Assembly: GCA_963731515.1 (NCBI GenBank)
Contig: CAVSVU010000017.1
Span: 861,164 to 925,163 of the forward strand
Length of the DNA stretch: 64,000 nt
Source of the DNA: an uncultured Actinomycetes bacterium
Lineage (GTDB): Bacteria > Actinomycetota > Thermoleophilia > Gaiellales > JAICJC01
Direction of reading: 5' to 3'
In this document: piece by piece, positions 20,114 through 30,365 of the stretch
How positions within the stretch are numbered: position 1 is the stretch's first letter
Layout of the letters: each line of letters opens with the position of its first letter
The notes under the pieces: generated by a model
What the model was told of the DNA's origin: nothing
What the model saw: only the letters and a program-made list of their open reading frames with translations
The model's database searches: none
Program-made: the position numbers and the translations under genes

Positions 20114-21388
20114 GCGGCGGCGCGGGCGAGCTCGGCGAAGCGCTCGCCGCGCTGCTCGTAGTCGCGGAACTGGTCGAAGCTCGCGCAGGCCGGCGAGAGC
20201 AGCACCGTGTCGCCGGCGACGGCGGCAGCGGACGCCTCGGCGACGGCGCGCTCGAGCGTCCCGCAGCGGGCGTACGCCGCCCCGGCCGCGTCGAGGGCGG
20301 CCGCGATGGCGTCGGCGGCGGCGCCGATCAGGTACGACCGCGCCACCGGCCCCGCGGCGATCGCGGCGGCCATCTCGGCGTACGACCCGCCCTTGAGCGA
20401 GCCGCCCAGGATCAGGTGAACGCCGTGGTCGAAGGCCGTGAGCGCCTTCACGGTCGCGTCGGGATTGGTGGCCTTGGAGTCGTTCACCCACTCGACGCCG
20501 CCCGCCCGCGGCGACCGGCTGGAGCCGGTGCGGCGGCGGATCGAACCCGCGCAGCGCGGCGTTCAGGGCCGCGTCGCCGACCCCGGCGGCGCGCGCGGCG
20601 GCCGCGGCGGCGACGGCGTTCTCGAGGTTGTGCCGCCCCCGCAGCCGGGCGTGCTCCCAGTCGAGCGGGCCCGGGTCGGAGGCCGAGAACCAGATCCGCT
20701 CGCCGGCTCCGGGAAGCCGCGCCGCCCGCAGGGCCGGGTCGTCGCCGTTCAGGACGGCGGTGTCGCCGGCGACCTGGTTCTCGAGGATCCGCAGCTTGCA
20801 GCGCAGGTACCCGTCCATGCTCCCGTGCCGGTCGAGGTGGTCGGGGGTCACGTTCAGGATCACCGCCACCCGGCAGCGCAGCCGGTCGATGTCCTCGAGC
20901 TGGAAGCTCGAGAGCTCGCAGGCGATCCACGTCCCCGCCGGGACGCGCCCGGGCAGCTCCGTCAGCGCCCGTCCCACGTTGCCGGCGACCTCGGCGTCGA
21001 GCCCGCCGGCGCGCAGCATCGCCCCGAGCAGGTGCGTGGTCGTGGTCTTGCCGTTCGTCCCGGTCACGCCCGCGATCGGGTTGTCCGGGAGCATCCGCGC
21101 CGCCAGCTCGACCTCGCTCCAGACCGGCACGCCCGCTGCCCGGGCGGCGGCCACCTGGGCCGCCTCGCCGGGCACGCCCGGGCTCTTCACCAGCGCCGTC
21201 AGGCCGTCGACGGGCACGATCCCGCCGCCGAGCCGCGCCTCGATGCCGAGCGCCTCCAGGCGGGACACGTCGAGGTCGGTGCCGCCGTCGGCGGCCAGGA
21301 TCTCGGAGCCCGGCCAGACGCGGGCGATGGCCTCGCACGCCGCGATGCCGGAGCGGCGCAGCCCGACGACCAGGTAGCGCCCGCTCAC
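20107..21388 (-). CDS. murD: UDP-N-acetylmuramoyl-L-alanine--D-glutamate ligase (frameshift near 20500)
   Basis: VVGLRRSG, KSPGVP, GTNGKTTTT, ELSSFQLE, NVTPDHLDRH, then NDSKATN and LLSPACASFDQF in a second frame. Confidence 0.93.
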
Positions 21389-22419
21389 CGGTACTTGGAG
21401 AAGAAGAGGTAGTAGAGGACGAAGCCGCTCGCCCCGAAGCCCGCCGCCGTGATCCAGAAGCGGACGATGATCTTGTTCTCGGTCCACTCCATCATCTCGA
21501 AGTGATGGTGCAGCGGCGCCATCAGGAACACGCGCTTCCCGAAGACCCGGAACGAGACGACCTGGATCGCGACCGACAGCGCCTCGATCACGAACACGCC
21601 GCCGACGACCACGAGCAGCGCCTCGGTCTTGGTGAAGATCGCGAGCGCGGCCAGGCCGCCCCCCAGCCCGAACGAGCCCGTGTCGCCCATGAAGACGTCG
21701 GCGGGGTAGGCGTTGTACCAGAGAAAGCCCACGCAGCCGCCGACGAGCGCGGCCGCGATGATGGCCAGGTCGAGCGCGCGTGGGTTGCCCACGTAGACGC
21801 CGTGGACGGTGTGGCCCGGGTAGACGCCGTTGTGGGCCAGGAAGGCGACCACCATCATCGCCGCATAGGTGAGCGCGGCGATCGTGACCGTCCCGGCCGC
21901 GAGCCCGTCGAGGCCGTCGGTCAGGTTCACGGCGTTCGCCGCCCCCGCCACCACCAGGAAGATGAAGACGTAGTAGACGGGCCCGAGGCCGATGTACGTG
22001 TTGAGGATCGGGATGTAGAGGTCGGTCGAGAGGTGCTCGCGGTGCGCCACCCAGCCCACGCCGGCGACGACGGCGGCCAGCAGGAGCAGCTTCCACCGCC
22101 CCGACAGGCCCAGCGACCGCTTCCGCGTCAGCTTCAGGTAGTCGTCGAGGAAGCCGATCCCGGCGCAGGCGAGCGCCGTCCCGGCGACGGCCAGGCCCGG
22201 GCCGGTGTGCTCGGTGAAGATCAGGAACGCGAGCAGGGCGCACCCGAGCATGCCGAGGCCGCCCATCGTCGGCGTGCCCTGCTTCGACGCGTGGCCCGCC
22301 GGGCCGTCCTCGCGGATGTGCTGTCCGAACTCGTTGCGGCGCAGGAACGCGATCAGCGCCGGGCCGGAGACGATCCCGAGCAGCATCGCGACGACGCCGG
22401 CGGCGAGGACGAGCTTCAC
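21385..22419 (-). CDS. mraY: Phospho-N-acetylmuramoyl-pentapeptide transferase
   Basis: KQGTPTMGG, GFLDD, NAVNLTDGLDGLA, FMGDTGS, MAPLHHHFE. Confidence 0.97.
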   Translation of the reverse strand: MKLVLAAGVVAMLLGIVSGPALIAFLRRNEFGQHIREDGPAGHASKQGTPTMGGLGMLGCALLAFLIFTEHTGPGLAVAGTALACAGIGFLDDYLKLTRKRSLGLSGRWKLLLLAAVVAGVGWVAHREHLSTDLYIPILNTYIGLGPVYYVFIFLVVAGAANAVNLTDGLDGLAAGTVTIAALTYAAMMVVAFLAHNGVYPGHTVHGVYVGNPRALDLAIIAAALVGGCVGFLWYNAYPADVFMGDTGSFGLGGGLAALAIFTKTEALLVVVGGVFVIEALSVAIQVVSFRVFGKRVFLMAPLHHHFEMMEWTENKIIVRFWITAAGFGASGFVLYYLFFSKYR

Positions 22420-23738
22420 GTGAGCGCCTCGACCACGGCCTCGAGCCCCGCCGAGCGGCTGCCCTTGACGAGCACCGCGTCGCCCGGCTCGAGCACGTCC
22501 GGCACGCCGGCGGCGGCGGCGGCGGCGTCCGCGAACCAGCGCCCGCCGTAGGCGCGGCTGAGCGGGCCGACGGCGACGACGACGTCGACGCCCAGCCGCT
22601 CCGCCTCGCGGCCGATCTCCTCGTGCAGGCCCGGCCCGGTCGGCCCCAGCTCCGCCATCTCGCCCATCACCGCCACGGTGCGGCGGCCGCCGGCCGCGGA
22701 CACCAGATGGCGCAGCGCCGCCCGCATCGAGACGGGGTTCGCGTTGTAGCAGTCGGCGATCACGAAGCCGTCGCCGGGAAGGGCGATCCGCTCGCCCCGC
22801 CAGCGCGAGAACTCGACCTCGGCGGCGCCGGCGAGCAGCTCCGGGTCGGCAGGGTCGAGGCCGAGGCCGGCGCAGGCCGCGACGGCGGCCGCGAGGTTCA
22901 GGCCGTTGTGGTGCTGGTCGAAGTTCACCGGCACCGTGATGGTTCGACCGCCGAGCCCGATCTCCGCTCTGCCCGGCGCGAAGCCGGCCAGGCGCACATC
23001 GGCGCCGTCCGCCTCCCCGAACGTCGTCACGCGCGCGCGTGTGAGATCCAGATAGGGGGCGAGCAACGGCTCGGCGAACGGGACGACGGCCGTCCCGTTC
23101 GGCCCGAGCGGATCGAGGATCTCGGCCTTCGCCTCGGCGACGCCCTCGATGCTCCCGACCTGCTCGAGATGGACGGGCCCGATCGACGTGATCACGGCGA
23201 CGTCGGGGCGGGCGATCTCGGCCAGGTAGGCGACCTGGCCCATGCCCCGCATCGCCAGCTCGCACACGACCGCCTCGGTGCCGGCCTCGATCCGGCAGAG
23301 CGTGAGCGGCACGCCGATCTCGGTGTTGAAGTTGGCGTGGCTCGCGACGGTGCGCAGACGGCGGCGCAGGAGCGCGGCCAGCAGATCCTTCGTGGAGGTC
23401 TTCCCCGTGGAGCCGGTGATCCCGACCACGCGGGCGCCGGAGCGGCGGCGCACCTCGGCGGCCAGCCGGCCGAGGGCGATCATCGGATCGGGGACGACGA
23501 TCGTGTGCTCGTCCGGCGGCGGATCGCCCGGCGTGCCTCCGGCCATGACGGCGGCGGCGCCGGCGCGCAGGGCGTCGGCCGCGTAGCGGGCACCGTCCGT
23601 GCGCTCGCCGGGCAGGGCGACGAACAGGTCGCCCGCCGCCACCGCCCGCGAGTCGATCGTGACGCCGGTGATGGTCGCCCGCGACTCCGTGCGACCGCCG
23701 CAGGCCTCCGCGATCTCGCCCGCCGCGAGCGCGATCAT
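22416..23738 (-). CDS. murF: UDP-N-acetylmuramoyl-tripeptide--D-alanyl-D-alanine ligase
   Basis: IDSR, GITGSTGKTSTKD, NFNTEIGVP, DCYNANP, VKGSR. Confidence 0.96.
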   Translation of the reverse strand: MIALAAGEIAEACGGRTESRATITGVTIDSRAVAAGDLFVALPGERTDGARYAADALRAGAAAVMAGGTPGDPPPDEHTIVVPDPMIALGRLAAEVRRRSGARVVGITGSTGKTSTKDLLAALLRRRLRTVASHANFNTEIGVPLTLCRIEAGTEAVVCELAMRGMGQVAYLAEIARPDVAVITSIGPVHLEQVGSIEGVAEAKAEILDPLGPNGTAVVPFAEPLLAPYLDLTRARVTTFGEADGADVRLAGFAPGRAEIGLGGRTITVPVNFDQHHNGLNLAAAVAACAGLGLDPADPELLAGAAEVEFSRWRGERIALPGDGFVIADCYNANPVSMRAALRHLVSAAGGRRTVAVMGEMAELGPTGPGLHEEIGREAERLGVDVVVAVGPLSRAYGGRWFADAAAAAAGVPDVLEPGDAVLVKGSRSAGLEAVVEALT

Positions 23739-25175
23739 GCCGCCGGGAGCCCGGCCAGCGCCTCGCGCGCCACCGTGCGATCGTCGAAGGGGAGCGTCCG
23801 GTCGGCGAACTGCTGGCCCTGCTCGTGGCCCTTGCCCGCGATGACGACGACGTCGCCCGCCCGGGCCATGCCGACGGCGCGCTCGATCGCGGCCCGACGG
23901 TCGGGCTCGGACTCCATCGGGATGCCGTCCATGATGTCGGCGATGATCGCCTCGGGATCCTCGCTGCGGGGGTTGTCCGAGGTGACCAGGGCGACGTCCG
24001 CCAGACGCCGTGCCACCCGCCCCATCAACGGGCGCTTGCCCCGGTCGCGGTCACCGCCGCAGCCGAACACGCAGATCAGCCGCCCGGACGTGATCTCGCG
24101 GGCCGAGCCCAGCACGTTCTCGAGGCCGTCCGGCGTGTGCGCGTAGTCGACGAGGACGGTGAACGGCTGGCCGGCGTCCACCGCCTCGAACCGGCCGGGG
24201 ACGCCCGGCACCGACGCGATCCCGGCGCGGACGGCGGCGTGCGGAAGCTCGAGCAGCTCCGCCAGCGCGACGGCGCAGAGCACGTTCTCGACGTTGAAGC
24301 CGCCCCGCAGGCGCACGTCGAGCGGGATCGGGCCCCGCGGCGTCGAGACGATCAGGGCGATCGCCCCGCCGGCGCCCACCTCCACGGCGTGCGGGCGCAC
24401 GTCCGCGTCGGCGTCCGTCCGCGCGGCGTAGGTGAGCACCGGCCCGCCGGCCGTCCCGGCCAGGCGGCGGCCGTACTCGTCGCCGACGTTGATCGCGCCG
24501 GGCGCCTCGCCGAACAGGCGCGCCTTGGCCGCGAAGTAGGCCTCCATGTCGGGGTGGAAGTCCAGGTGATCCTGGGTCAGGTTCGTGAATCCGGCGGCGG
24601 CGAAGCGCACGCCGGCGACCCGCTCGAGCTCGAGGGCGTGGGACGACACCTCCATCGCGCAGGCCCGGTCGCCGGCGTCGGCCATCCGCCGCAGGATCGC
24701 CTGCAGGTCGACGCTCTCCGGCGTCGTCCGCGCGACCGGCTCCACCACGCCGCCGATCCGCGACTCGATCGTGCCCAGGAGCCCGGCCTGCCCCAGGGCC
24801 GCCTCCAGCACCGCGTGCATGAGGAAGGCCGTCGTCGTCTTCCCGTTCGTCCCGGTGATGCCGACGACGTCGAGCTCGCCGCTGGGATGGCCGTAGAACG
24901 CGTCGGCGGCGGCCGCCATCGCCGCGCGCGACGACGCGACCACGAGCTGGGGCACGTCGATGGTCGAGCTCGCGCTCGACGACGAGCGCCGAAGCGCCGT
25001 TCGCGACGGCGACACCGGCGAAGTCGTGCCCGTCGGCGGTGAACCCGGGAACGCACACGTGCAGCGCCCCGGGCACGGCCGACTCGGCGCGGTAGGTGAC
25101 GGCGGTGATGTCGACGTCCGCCCGGCCACGCACCGAGCGTGGGCCGACCGCCTCGATCAGCGTCGAGAGCTCCAT
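23735..25175 (-). CDS. murE: UDP-N-acetylmuramoyl-L-alanyl-D-glutamate--2,6-diaminopimelate ligase (frameshift near 24960)
   Basis: GITGTNGKTTT, MEVSSH, NLTQDHLDFH, VDYAHTPD, DNPR (DAP-type motif), AGKGHE. Confidence 0.94.
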
Positions 25176-25188
25176 GCTCGCGGGAAGG

Positions 25189-26988
25189 CTACTGAACCGG
25201 ACGGTCGGGCCGGATGCCCGCGTGGTTCGCGTACCACGAGCCGATCTGCTCGAAGGCCGGCGCCGCCACGTCGCCGCCGAAGTGGCTCGTCTGCGGCGAG
25301 TCGACCACGATCATGATCTCGACCTGGGGGTCGTCGGCCGGCAGGAAGCCGATGAACGAGGCGTCGTACTGGTTCGAGTAGCCGCCGTCCGGGCTCGGCT
25401 TCTGGGCGGTGCCCGTCTTGCCGGCGACGGTGTAGCCGGGGATGGTGGCCTGGACGCCGGTGCCGCCGTCGACGACGCCTTCGAGCATCGACACCATCTG
25501 GCCGTCGACCTCGGGCGAGAGGATCCGCCGCTGCGACGGCCGGTGCAGCTTCTCGCCCTGGATGTGCGAGACCAGGTGCGGCGCGATCATGACGCCGCCG
25601 TTCGCGATCGCCTGGTACATCGACGCCATCTGCATCGCCGTCACGCCGATGCCCTGGCCGATCGGGATCGTGCCGATCGAGGACAGCGTCCAGTCGCGAC
25701 CCGGGAGCACGATGCCGCTGGCCTCGCCGGGGAAGCCGAGCGCGGTGCGCCGCCCGAACCCGTACCGGTGGATCCACGTCATCAGGTCGTGCCTGCCGAC
25801 CATCTGGGCGATCTCGTCGGTGCCGATGTTGGACGAGATCTTGAGGATGTGGCGCACGGAGATGTTCCACGGCTTGTGGGGGATGTCGTCGCGGATGACC
25901 TTGTCGCCGAACGCGAGATGGTCGGGCACGTTGTGGAGCACCTCGCCCGGCCAGACCACGCCGGCCGTGAGCGCGGCCGAGAACGTCACGGTCTTGAAGG
26001 TCGAGCCGGGCTCGTACACGGTCTGCAGCGCCTGGTTGCTCCAGTGGGCCTGGTTCCGGGCCAGGTGGGCCTGGTTGTTGTCGTAGCCCGGCGCCGTGGC
26101 CATGGCGACGATCGCGCCGGTGCGCGGGTCCATGACGATGCCCGTCGCCCACTTGGCCCGGGTGCTGCGCACCGTCGCCGCGAGCACGTCCTGCACCTTC
26201 GTCTGCACGGCGGCGCTGAGGGTGAGCCGGACGTTGCGGCCGTTCTGGGGCTTCTCGACGTCGACCGTGTCGAGCACCATGCCGCCCGGGTCGGTGATCG
26301 TCACCTGCTTGCCGGGCCGGCCCTCGAGGACGTGGTTGTACTGGTGCTCGAGGCCGGCGCCCTCGCCCTTGCCGGCGCTGCCGTCGATGCCGGTGAACCC
26401 GAGCAGCTGCGACGCGACCGGCCCGTCCGGATACCAGCGCTGGAGCTCGGGGAACGTCGAGATCCCGGGCAGGTGGTGGCGCATGATGCGCGCCGCGACG
26501 TCGGTCGGGAGCTGGCGGACGACGTAGCCGCCGCGGCGCAGGTCGGCCGCCAGCACGGTCACCTCGGCGGCCCAGGCCGGGTTCGGGCGCAGCTTCGGCT
26601 TGTGGGCGCCATGGTGGTGCTTGGAGGCCTTCGTCTTCGCCTGCTGCTCCTGCCTCTGCAGCGCGTGGCGGCCGACCCGCCTGAACGGGTGGAAGCCCAT
26701 CGCCCGGGCGATGATCGCCGCCGTCGCCGACACGTTCTTCAGCTTCTTCGGGTCGGAGACGATCGTCTTCGACGGCTGCGTCTGGGCGAGCACCTGGCCG
26801 TCGGCGCTGATGATCGAGCCACGCAGGCCGGGCAGCGTCGTCTCGCCGCGCTGCTGGGAGCCGGCCTTCTGCGACAGGCCGGCCGCGTCCACGCCCTGGA
26901 TCTGGATCGCACGGGCGACGACCACCACGAACGCCATCAGCGAGACGGCGAGCATCAGCCGCAGCCGGTGGTCGGACATCCGCCTCAC
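25189..26988 (-). CDS. ftsI: Class B penicillin-binding protein FtsI
   Basis: TM anchor, RGSI..ADG dimerisation start, EPGSTFK (SxxK), SSN (SxN), KTGT. Confidence 0.93.
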   Translation of the reverse strand: MRRMSDHRLRLMLAVSLMAFVVVVARAIQIQGVDAAGLSQKAGSQQRGETTLPGLRGSIISADGQVLAQTQPSKTIVSDPKKLKNVSATAAIIARAMGFHPFRRVGRHALQRQEQQAKTKASKHHHGAHKPKLRPNPAWAAEVTVLAADLRRGGYVVRQLPTDVAARIMRHHLPGISTFPELQRWYPDGPVASQLLGFTGIDGSAGKGEGAGLEHQYNHVLEGRPGKQVTITDPGGMVLDTVDVEKPQNGRNVRLTLSAAVQTKVQDVLAATVRSTRAKWATGIVMDPRTGAIVAMATAPGYDNNQAHLARNQAHWSNQALQTVYEPGSTFKTVTFSAALTAGVVWPGEVLHNVPDHLAFGDKVIRDDIPHKPWNISVRHILKISSNIGTDEIAQMVGRHDLMTWIHRYGFGRRTALGFPGEASGIVLPGRDWTLSSIGTIPIGQGIGVTAMQMASMYQAIANGGVMIAPHLVSHIQGEKLHRPSQRRILSPEVDGQMVSMLEGVVDGGTGVQATIPGYTVAGKTGTAQKPSPDGGYSNQYDASFIGFLPADDPQVEIMIVVDSPQTSHFGGDVAAPAFEQIGSWYANHAGIRPDRPVQ

Positions 26989-27380
26989 GGCCGGGCCTGC
27001 GCCTTCGGATGCGGCCGGTGGAGGCGCACGTACTTCGTCGTGTTCGGGTCGGCCGGGAGCATCCCCAGCTTCTGCGCGGCGACGCCGATCGAGCTCGGCG
27101 AGGACAGGTTCGTGACCTGGTTTCGCAGGAGCCGGTTCTCGTCCTGGAGCTGCTGGGCGTGCGCCTGCAGGCGGTTCACGTCGATGCTGTCGCGGAGCGC
27201 GGCGACGTTCAGGGCGACGATGCCGCCGAGGAGCGTGGCCAGCACGACGACCCAGACGGCGCCGCCCGCGGTCATCCGCCGGGGGCGGACGCGCCGGCGC
27301 GGGACCGCGCGGGGGGCGGCCGCAGGCTCGGGCGCCGTGCGGGAACGGGCCGGCGCGCGGGCCGAGACGGCGATGCTCAC
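26985..27380 (-). CDS. ftsL: FtsL-like cell division protein
   Basis: Basic N-terminus, TM, heptad coiled coil, AQKLGM; syntenic position between rsmH and ftsI. Confidence 0.8.
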   Translation of the reverse strand: MSIAVSARAPARSRTAPEPAAAPRAVPRRRVRPRRMTAGGAVWVVVLATLLGGIVALNVAALRDSIDVNRLQAHAQQLQDENRLLRNQVTNLSSPSSIGVAAQKLGMLPADPNTTKYVRLHRPHPKAQARP

Positions 27381-28312
27381 GGGGCCGGCGTCCTCTCGGC
27401 GGCCCGCAGACGGGCAGAGGACGAGCGCGGGTTGGTGCAGCGCTCGTCGACGCTCGCCACGACCGCCCGCCGGGTCAGGCTGCGCAGGCGCGGCTCGTGC
27501 CCGCACACGCACACCGGGAAGTCCGGCGGGCAGGTGCAGCCGCGGGCCTCGTCGCGGATGAACTGCTTCGCGATCCTGTCCTCGAGCGAGTGGAAGCTGA
27601 TCACGGCGAGCCGCCCGCCCGGGGCGAGCAGGTCGACGGCCAGCCCGAGGCCCTCCCGGAGCGACTCGAGCTCGCCGTTCGTCGCGATCCGCAGGGCCTG
27701 GAAGACGCGCCGCGCCGGATGTCCCTGGCCGAACCGGGCCGGCGTCGGGATGGCCGCCTTGATCACCTCGACCAGGTCGCCGCTGCGCTCGAACGGCTCG
27801 AGCTTGCGCCGGCGCACGATCGCGCGCGCGATCTGGAACGAGTAGCGCTCCTCGCCGAACGTCCGCAGGACGCCGGCCAGGTCGCGCTCGTCCCACGTGT
27901 TCACGATCTCGGCCGCGGAGAGCTCGGCGGTCGCGTCCATGCGCATGTCGAGCGGCGCGTCGTTGGCGTAGCTGAAGCCGCGGTGGGGCCGGTCGATCTG
28001 CATCGACGAGACGCCGAGGTCCATCAGGATCGCCTGGACGCGGGTGCCGCTCGCGACCATGTTGCGCAGGACGAGGGCGAAGTCGCCGTGCAGGAACCGC
28101 GTCTGGCTGGTCGCGCCCGACGCGAAGCGGGCGAAGAACGGCTCGGCCTCGTGGTCGCGGTCGATGCCGATGTAGGTGCCGCTGCCCCGCAGGTACGGCT
28201 CGAGGACGGCCGCGTGGCCGCCCGCGCCGAAGGTGCAGTCGACCACCGTGTCGCCGGGGCGGGGCTCGAGGAGCTCGGCCACCTCGGGCGCCATGACGGG
28301 GACGTGGTCCAC
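27377..28312 (-). CDS. rsmH: 16S rRNA m4C1402 methyltransferase
   Basis: HVPVM, DCTFGAGGH, DLGVSSMQ, PLDMRMD, ISFHSLEDR, NPRSSSARLR. Confidence 0.97.
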   Translation of the reverse strand: MDHVPVMAPEVAELLEPRPGDTVVDCTFGAGGHAAVLEPYLRGSGTYIGIDRDHEAEPFFARFASGATSQTRFLHGDFALVLRNMVASGTRVQAILMDLGVSSMQIDRPHRGFSYANDAPLDMRMDATAELSAAEIVNTWDERDLAGVLRTFGEERYSFQIARAIVRRRKLEPFERSGDLVEVIKAAIPTPARFGQGHPARRVFQALRIATNGELESLREGLGLAVDLLAPGGRLAVISFHSLEDRIAKQFIRDEARGCTCPPDFPVCVCGHEPRLRSLTRRAVVASVDERCTNPRSSSARLRAAERTPAP

Positions 28313-28319
28313 CCCCGGG

Positions 28320-28748
28320 CTACTGCTGTGAGAGAGATTCGGCAACATCCTCAATGCTCCCCTCGGATTCGGCCTGCGTGCGGCGCCAGGTGGCGAGATC
28401 CCAGATCTCCAGCATGTCTCGCAGCCCCGCCACCACGATGTCCCGCTCGAGCCCGGCGTGCGCGAGCTGGGCCGGCGGCAGCATGATGCGGCCCTGCCGG
28501 TCGAGCTCGGTCTCCGCCGCGCCCGCGTACAGGTGCCGGCTCATGGCCCGGGCCTGGCGGCTGAACGGCGAGAGCCGTCCGAGCTGCTGATCCACGAATG
28601 CCTCGAACCCGGCCGGCGTGTAGACAGACAGGCACCGGTCGACCCCCTTGGCGACGATCACGCCGTCGCCGAAGTGCGGCCGCAGCTTGGCCGGGAGAGT
28701 TACGCGGTTCTTGGCATCCAGCTTTTGGACAGATTCGCCGAGCAGCAC
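28320..28748 (-). CDS. mraZ: Division/cell wall cluster repressor MraZ
   Basis: LDAKNRVTLP and LDRQGRIMLP repeats, LEIWD; 142 aa from GTG 28748. Confidence 0.95.
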   Translation of the reverse strand: MLLGESVQKLDAKNRVTLPAKLRPHFGDGVIVAKGVDRCLSVYTPAGFEAFVDQQLGRLSPFSRQARAMSRHLYAGAAETELDRQGRIMLPPAQLAHAGLERDIVVAGLRDMLEIWDLATWRRTQAESEGSIEDVAESLSQQ

Positions 28749-28759
28749 GGGTGCGGCCT

Positions 28760-28797
28760 CCCATTCCGCCCCACAATACCCCACTTTCCACCACTTT
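28760..28797 (-). promoter_or_regulatory. MraZ-binding direct repeats
   Basis: Minus strand AAAGTGGTGG AAAGTGGGGT ATTGTGGGGC GGAATGGG: GTGG-like boxes at 10-bp periodicity upstream of mraZ. Confidence 0.85.
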
Positions 28798-28938
28798 GCA
28801 ACGCTGCGGGTCCACAACGAGGGTCGCAACGCTCGGAGGGCGATGCCGCCGATCCCGGGTGCCAAACCTGCGCTGGCGGAAAATCCTTACAAAAAAGGCT
28901 GCGTTTGCAGGCCTTTGCAAGTGGTAAAGTCCGGCGCC

Positions 28939-30087
28939 ATGTCGAGCCCGCCCACGCAGCGGCACCGGCGCCGGCTCGGGCCGGTCCTTGCCGCCGTCGT
29001 CCTCACGGCAGTGCTCGCGACCATCGCAGGCACCGCAACGGCCGGGGCGGATCCGATCCACGAGAAGCGCGTCGAGGCGCAGCAGGCTCAGGATCAGCTG
29101 AACGGCCTCTACGCCCAGGAGGACGCGGCGGTCGAGGCCTACGACAGGGCCCACGCGAAGCTCGACGCCGTCAACCGCCAGATCCGCACGAACAGGATCC
29201 GCCTCGGGATCGCGAAGCAGAACCTCGCGGCGGCCCGGGCGCAGCTCGCGCGCCTCGTCGTCGCCGCCTACAAGGGCGGCGACCCGAACGCGGCGATGTA
29301 CGTGCTCGCCGCCCGGTCGTTCACCGACCTCGTCGACCGCGTGGACGTCATGAACCGGACGTCGCACGACGAGTCGGCGATCCTGCACCGGGTCACCGTC
29401 GCCGAGCGCCAGGTCGTCCGGCGCCGCACCCTCCTGCGCAAGGAGCGGGTGCAGGCGCGCAAGCTCGTGAAGAAGGCCGACGCCGCCAAGCAGCGCGCGG
29501 CCGCCCTGATCACGAGCCAGAAGGCGAAGATCGCCTCTCTGAACTCGCAGATCCAGCAGCTTGTCGGCGAGCGCAAGGCCCGGCTCGCCCGCGAGGCCCG
29601 CGCCCGCGCCGCCGCTGCCGCGGCGGCCGCTGCGGCGGCCGCCGCTCCGGCCCCCACCCAGACCTCGGCGCCCAGCCCGGCGCCGGTCGAGCCGCCCTCC
29701 GGCGCGCCCGTGCCGCCGGCCAACTCGCTCGGCGAGCAGGCCGTCCAGATCGCGATGGGCGAGCTCGGCGTCCCCTACGTCTGGGGCGGCGCCAGCCCGT
29801 CCGGATTCGACTGCTCCGGCCTGACGATGTGGGTCTACGCCCAGCTCGGCATCCACCTCGACCACTTCACCGGGTCGCAGTGGACGGCCGGCCCGCACGT
29901 TTCCGAGAGCGAGCTCGCCCCGGGCGACCTCGTCTTCTTCGAGCCGGACATCGGGCACGTCGGGATCTACATCGGCAACGGCGAGTTCATCCACGCGCCG
30001 CACACCGGCACGGTCGTCCAGATCTCGAGCCTCTCGGACTCGTGGTACGCGGCCGAGTATCAGGGCGCCGTCCGGGTCACCGGCTGA
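28939..30087 (+). CDS. Secreted coiled-coil NlpC/P60 (C40) peptidoglycan endopeptidase
   Basis: Signal peptide, long coiled coil, Ala/Pro linker, PYVWGG..FDCSGL, HVGIY, IHAP; TAAAGT 8 nt before ATG 28939. Confidence 0.93.
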   Translation: MSSPPTQRHRRRLGPVLAAVVLTAVLATIAGTATAGADPIHEKRVEAQQAQDQLNGLYAQEDAAVEAYDRAHAKLDAVNRQIRTNRIRLGIAKQNLAAARAQLARLVVAAYKGGDPNAAMYVLAARSFTDLVDRVDVMNRTSHDESAILHRVTVAERQVVRRRTLLRKERVQARKLVKKADAAKQRAAALITSQKAKIASLNSQIQQLVGERKARLAREARARAAAAAAAAAAAAAPAPTQTSAPSPAPVEPPSGAPVPPANSLGEQAVQIAMGELGVPYVWGGASPSGFDCSGLTMWVYAQLGIHLDHFTGSQWTAGPHVSESELAPGDLVFFEPDIGHVGIYIGNGEFIHAPHTGTVVQISSLSDSWYAAEYQGAVRVTG

Positions 30088-30365
30088 CGACGGCTGGGCT
30101 ATCCAGCCCCCGCGGACGCGGGTATGATGGGCCTGCGGTCATCCCCACACGATGTGTGCCCTCCCGGTGGAGGCGTGTGGAGAGGGCGGCGGGAGGTCGC
30201 AGGCGGTTGGGGTCACCGGCCGGCGAGAAATCAGTGCGGTGCCAATCCGCAATCAACGACCGTGGCGTAGAGAAGACGTCAGGCGGGGAATAGCCTGCCT
30301 GCGACGAACGTTATGCAGACGACGGATCCAGGGAACCTTCAGGGAGTCTGAGGAGTTGATGAGGA

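Noticed and set aside
30230-30290. Cobalamin riboswitch hinted by GGTGCCAATCC
   Set aside because: The GGGAA, CCCGCAACTGT and AGCCAG elements are missing.
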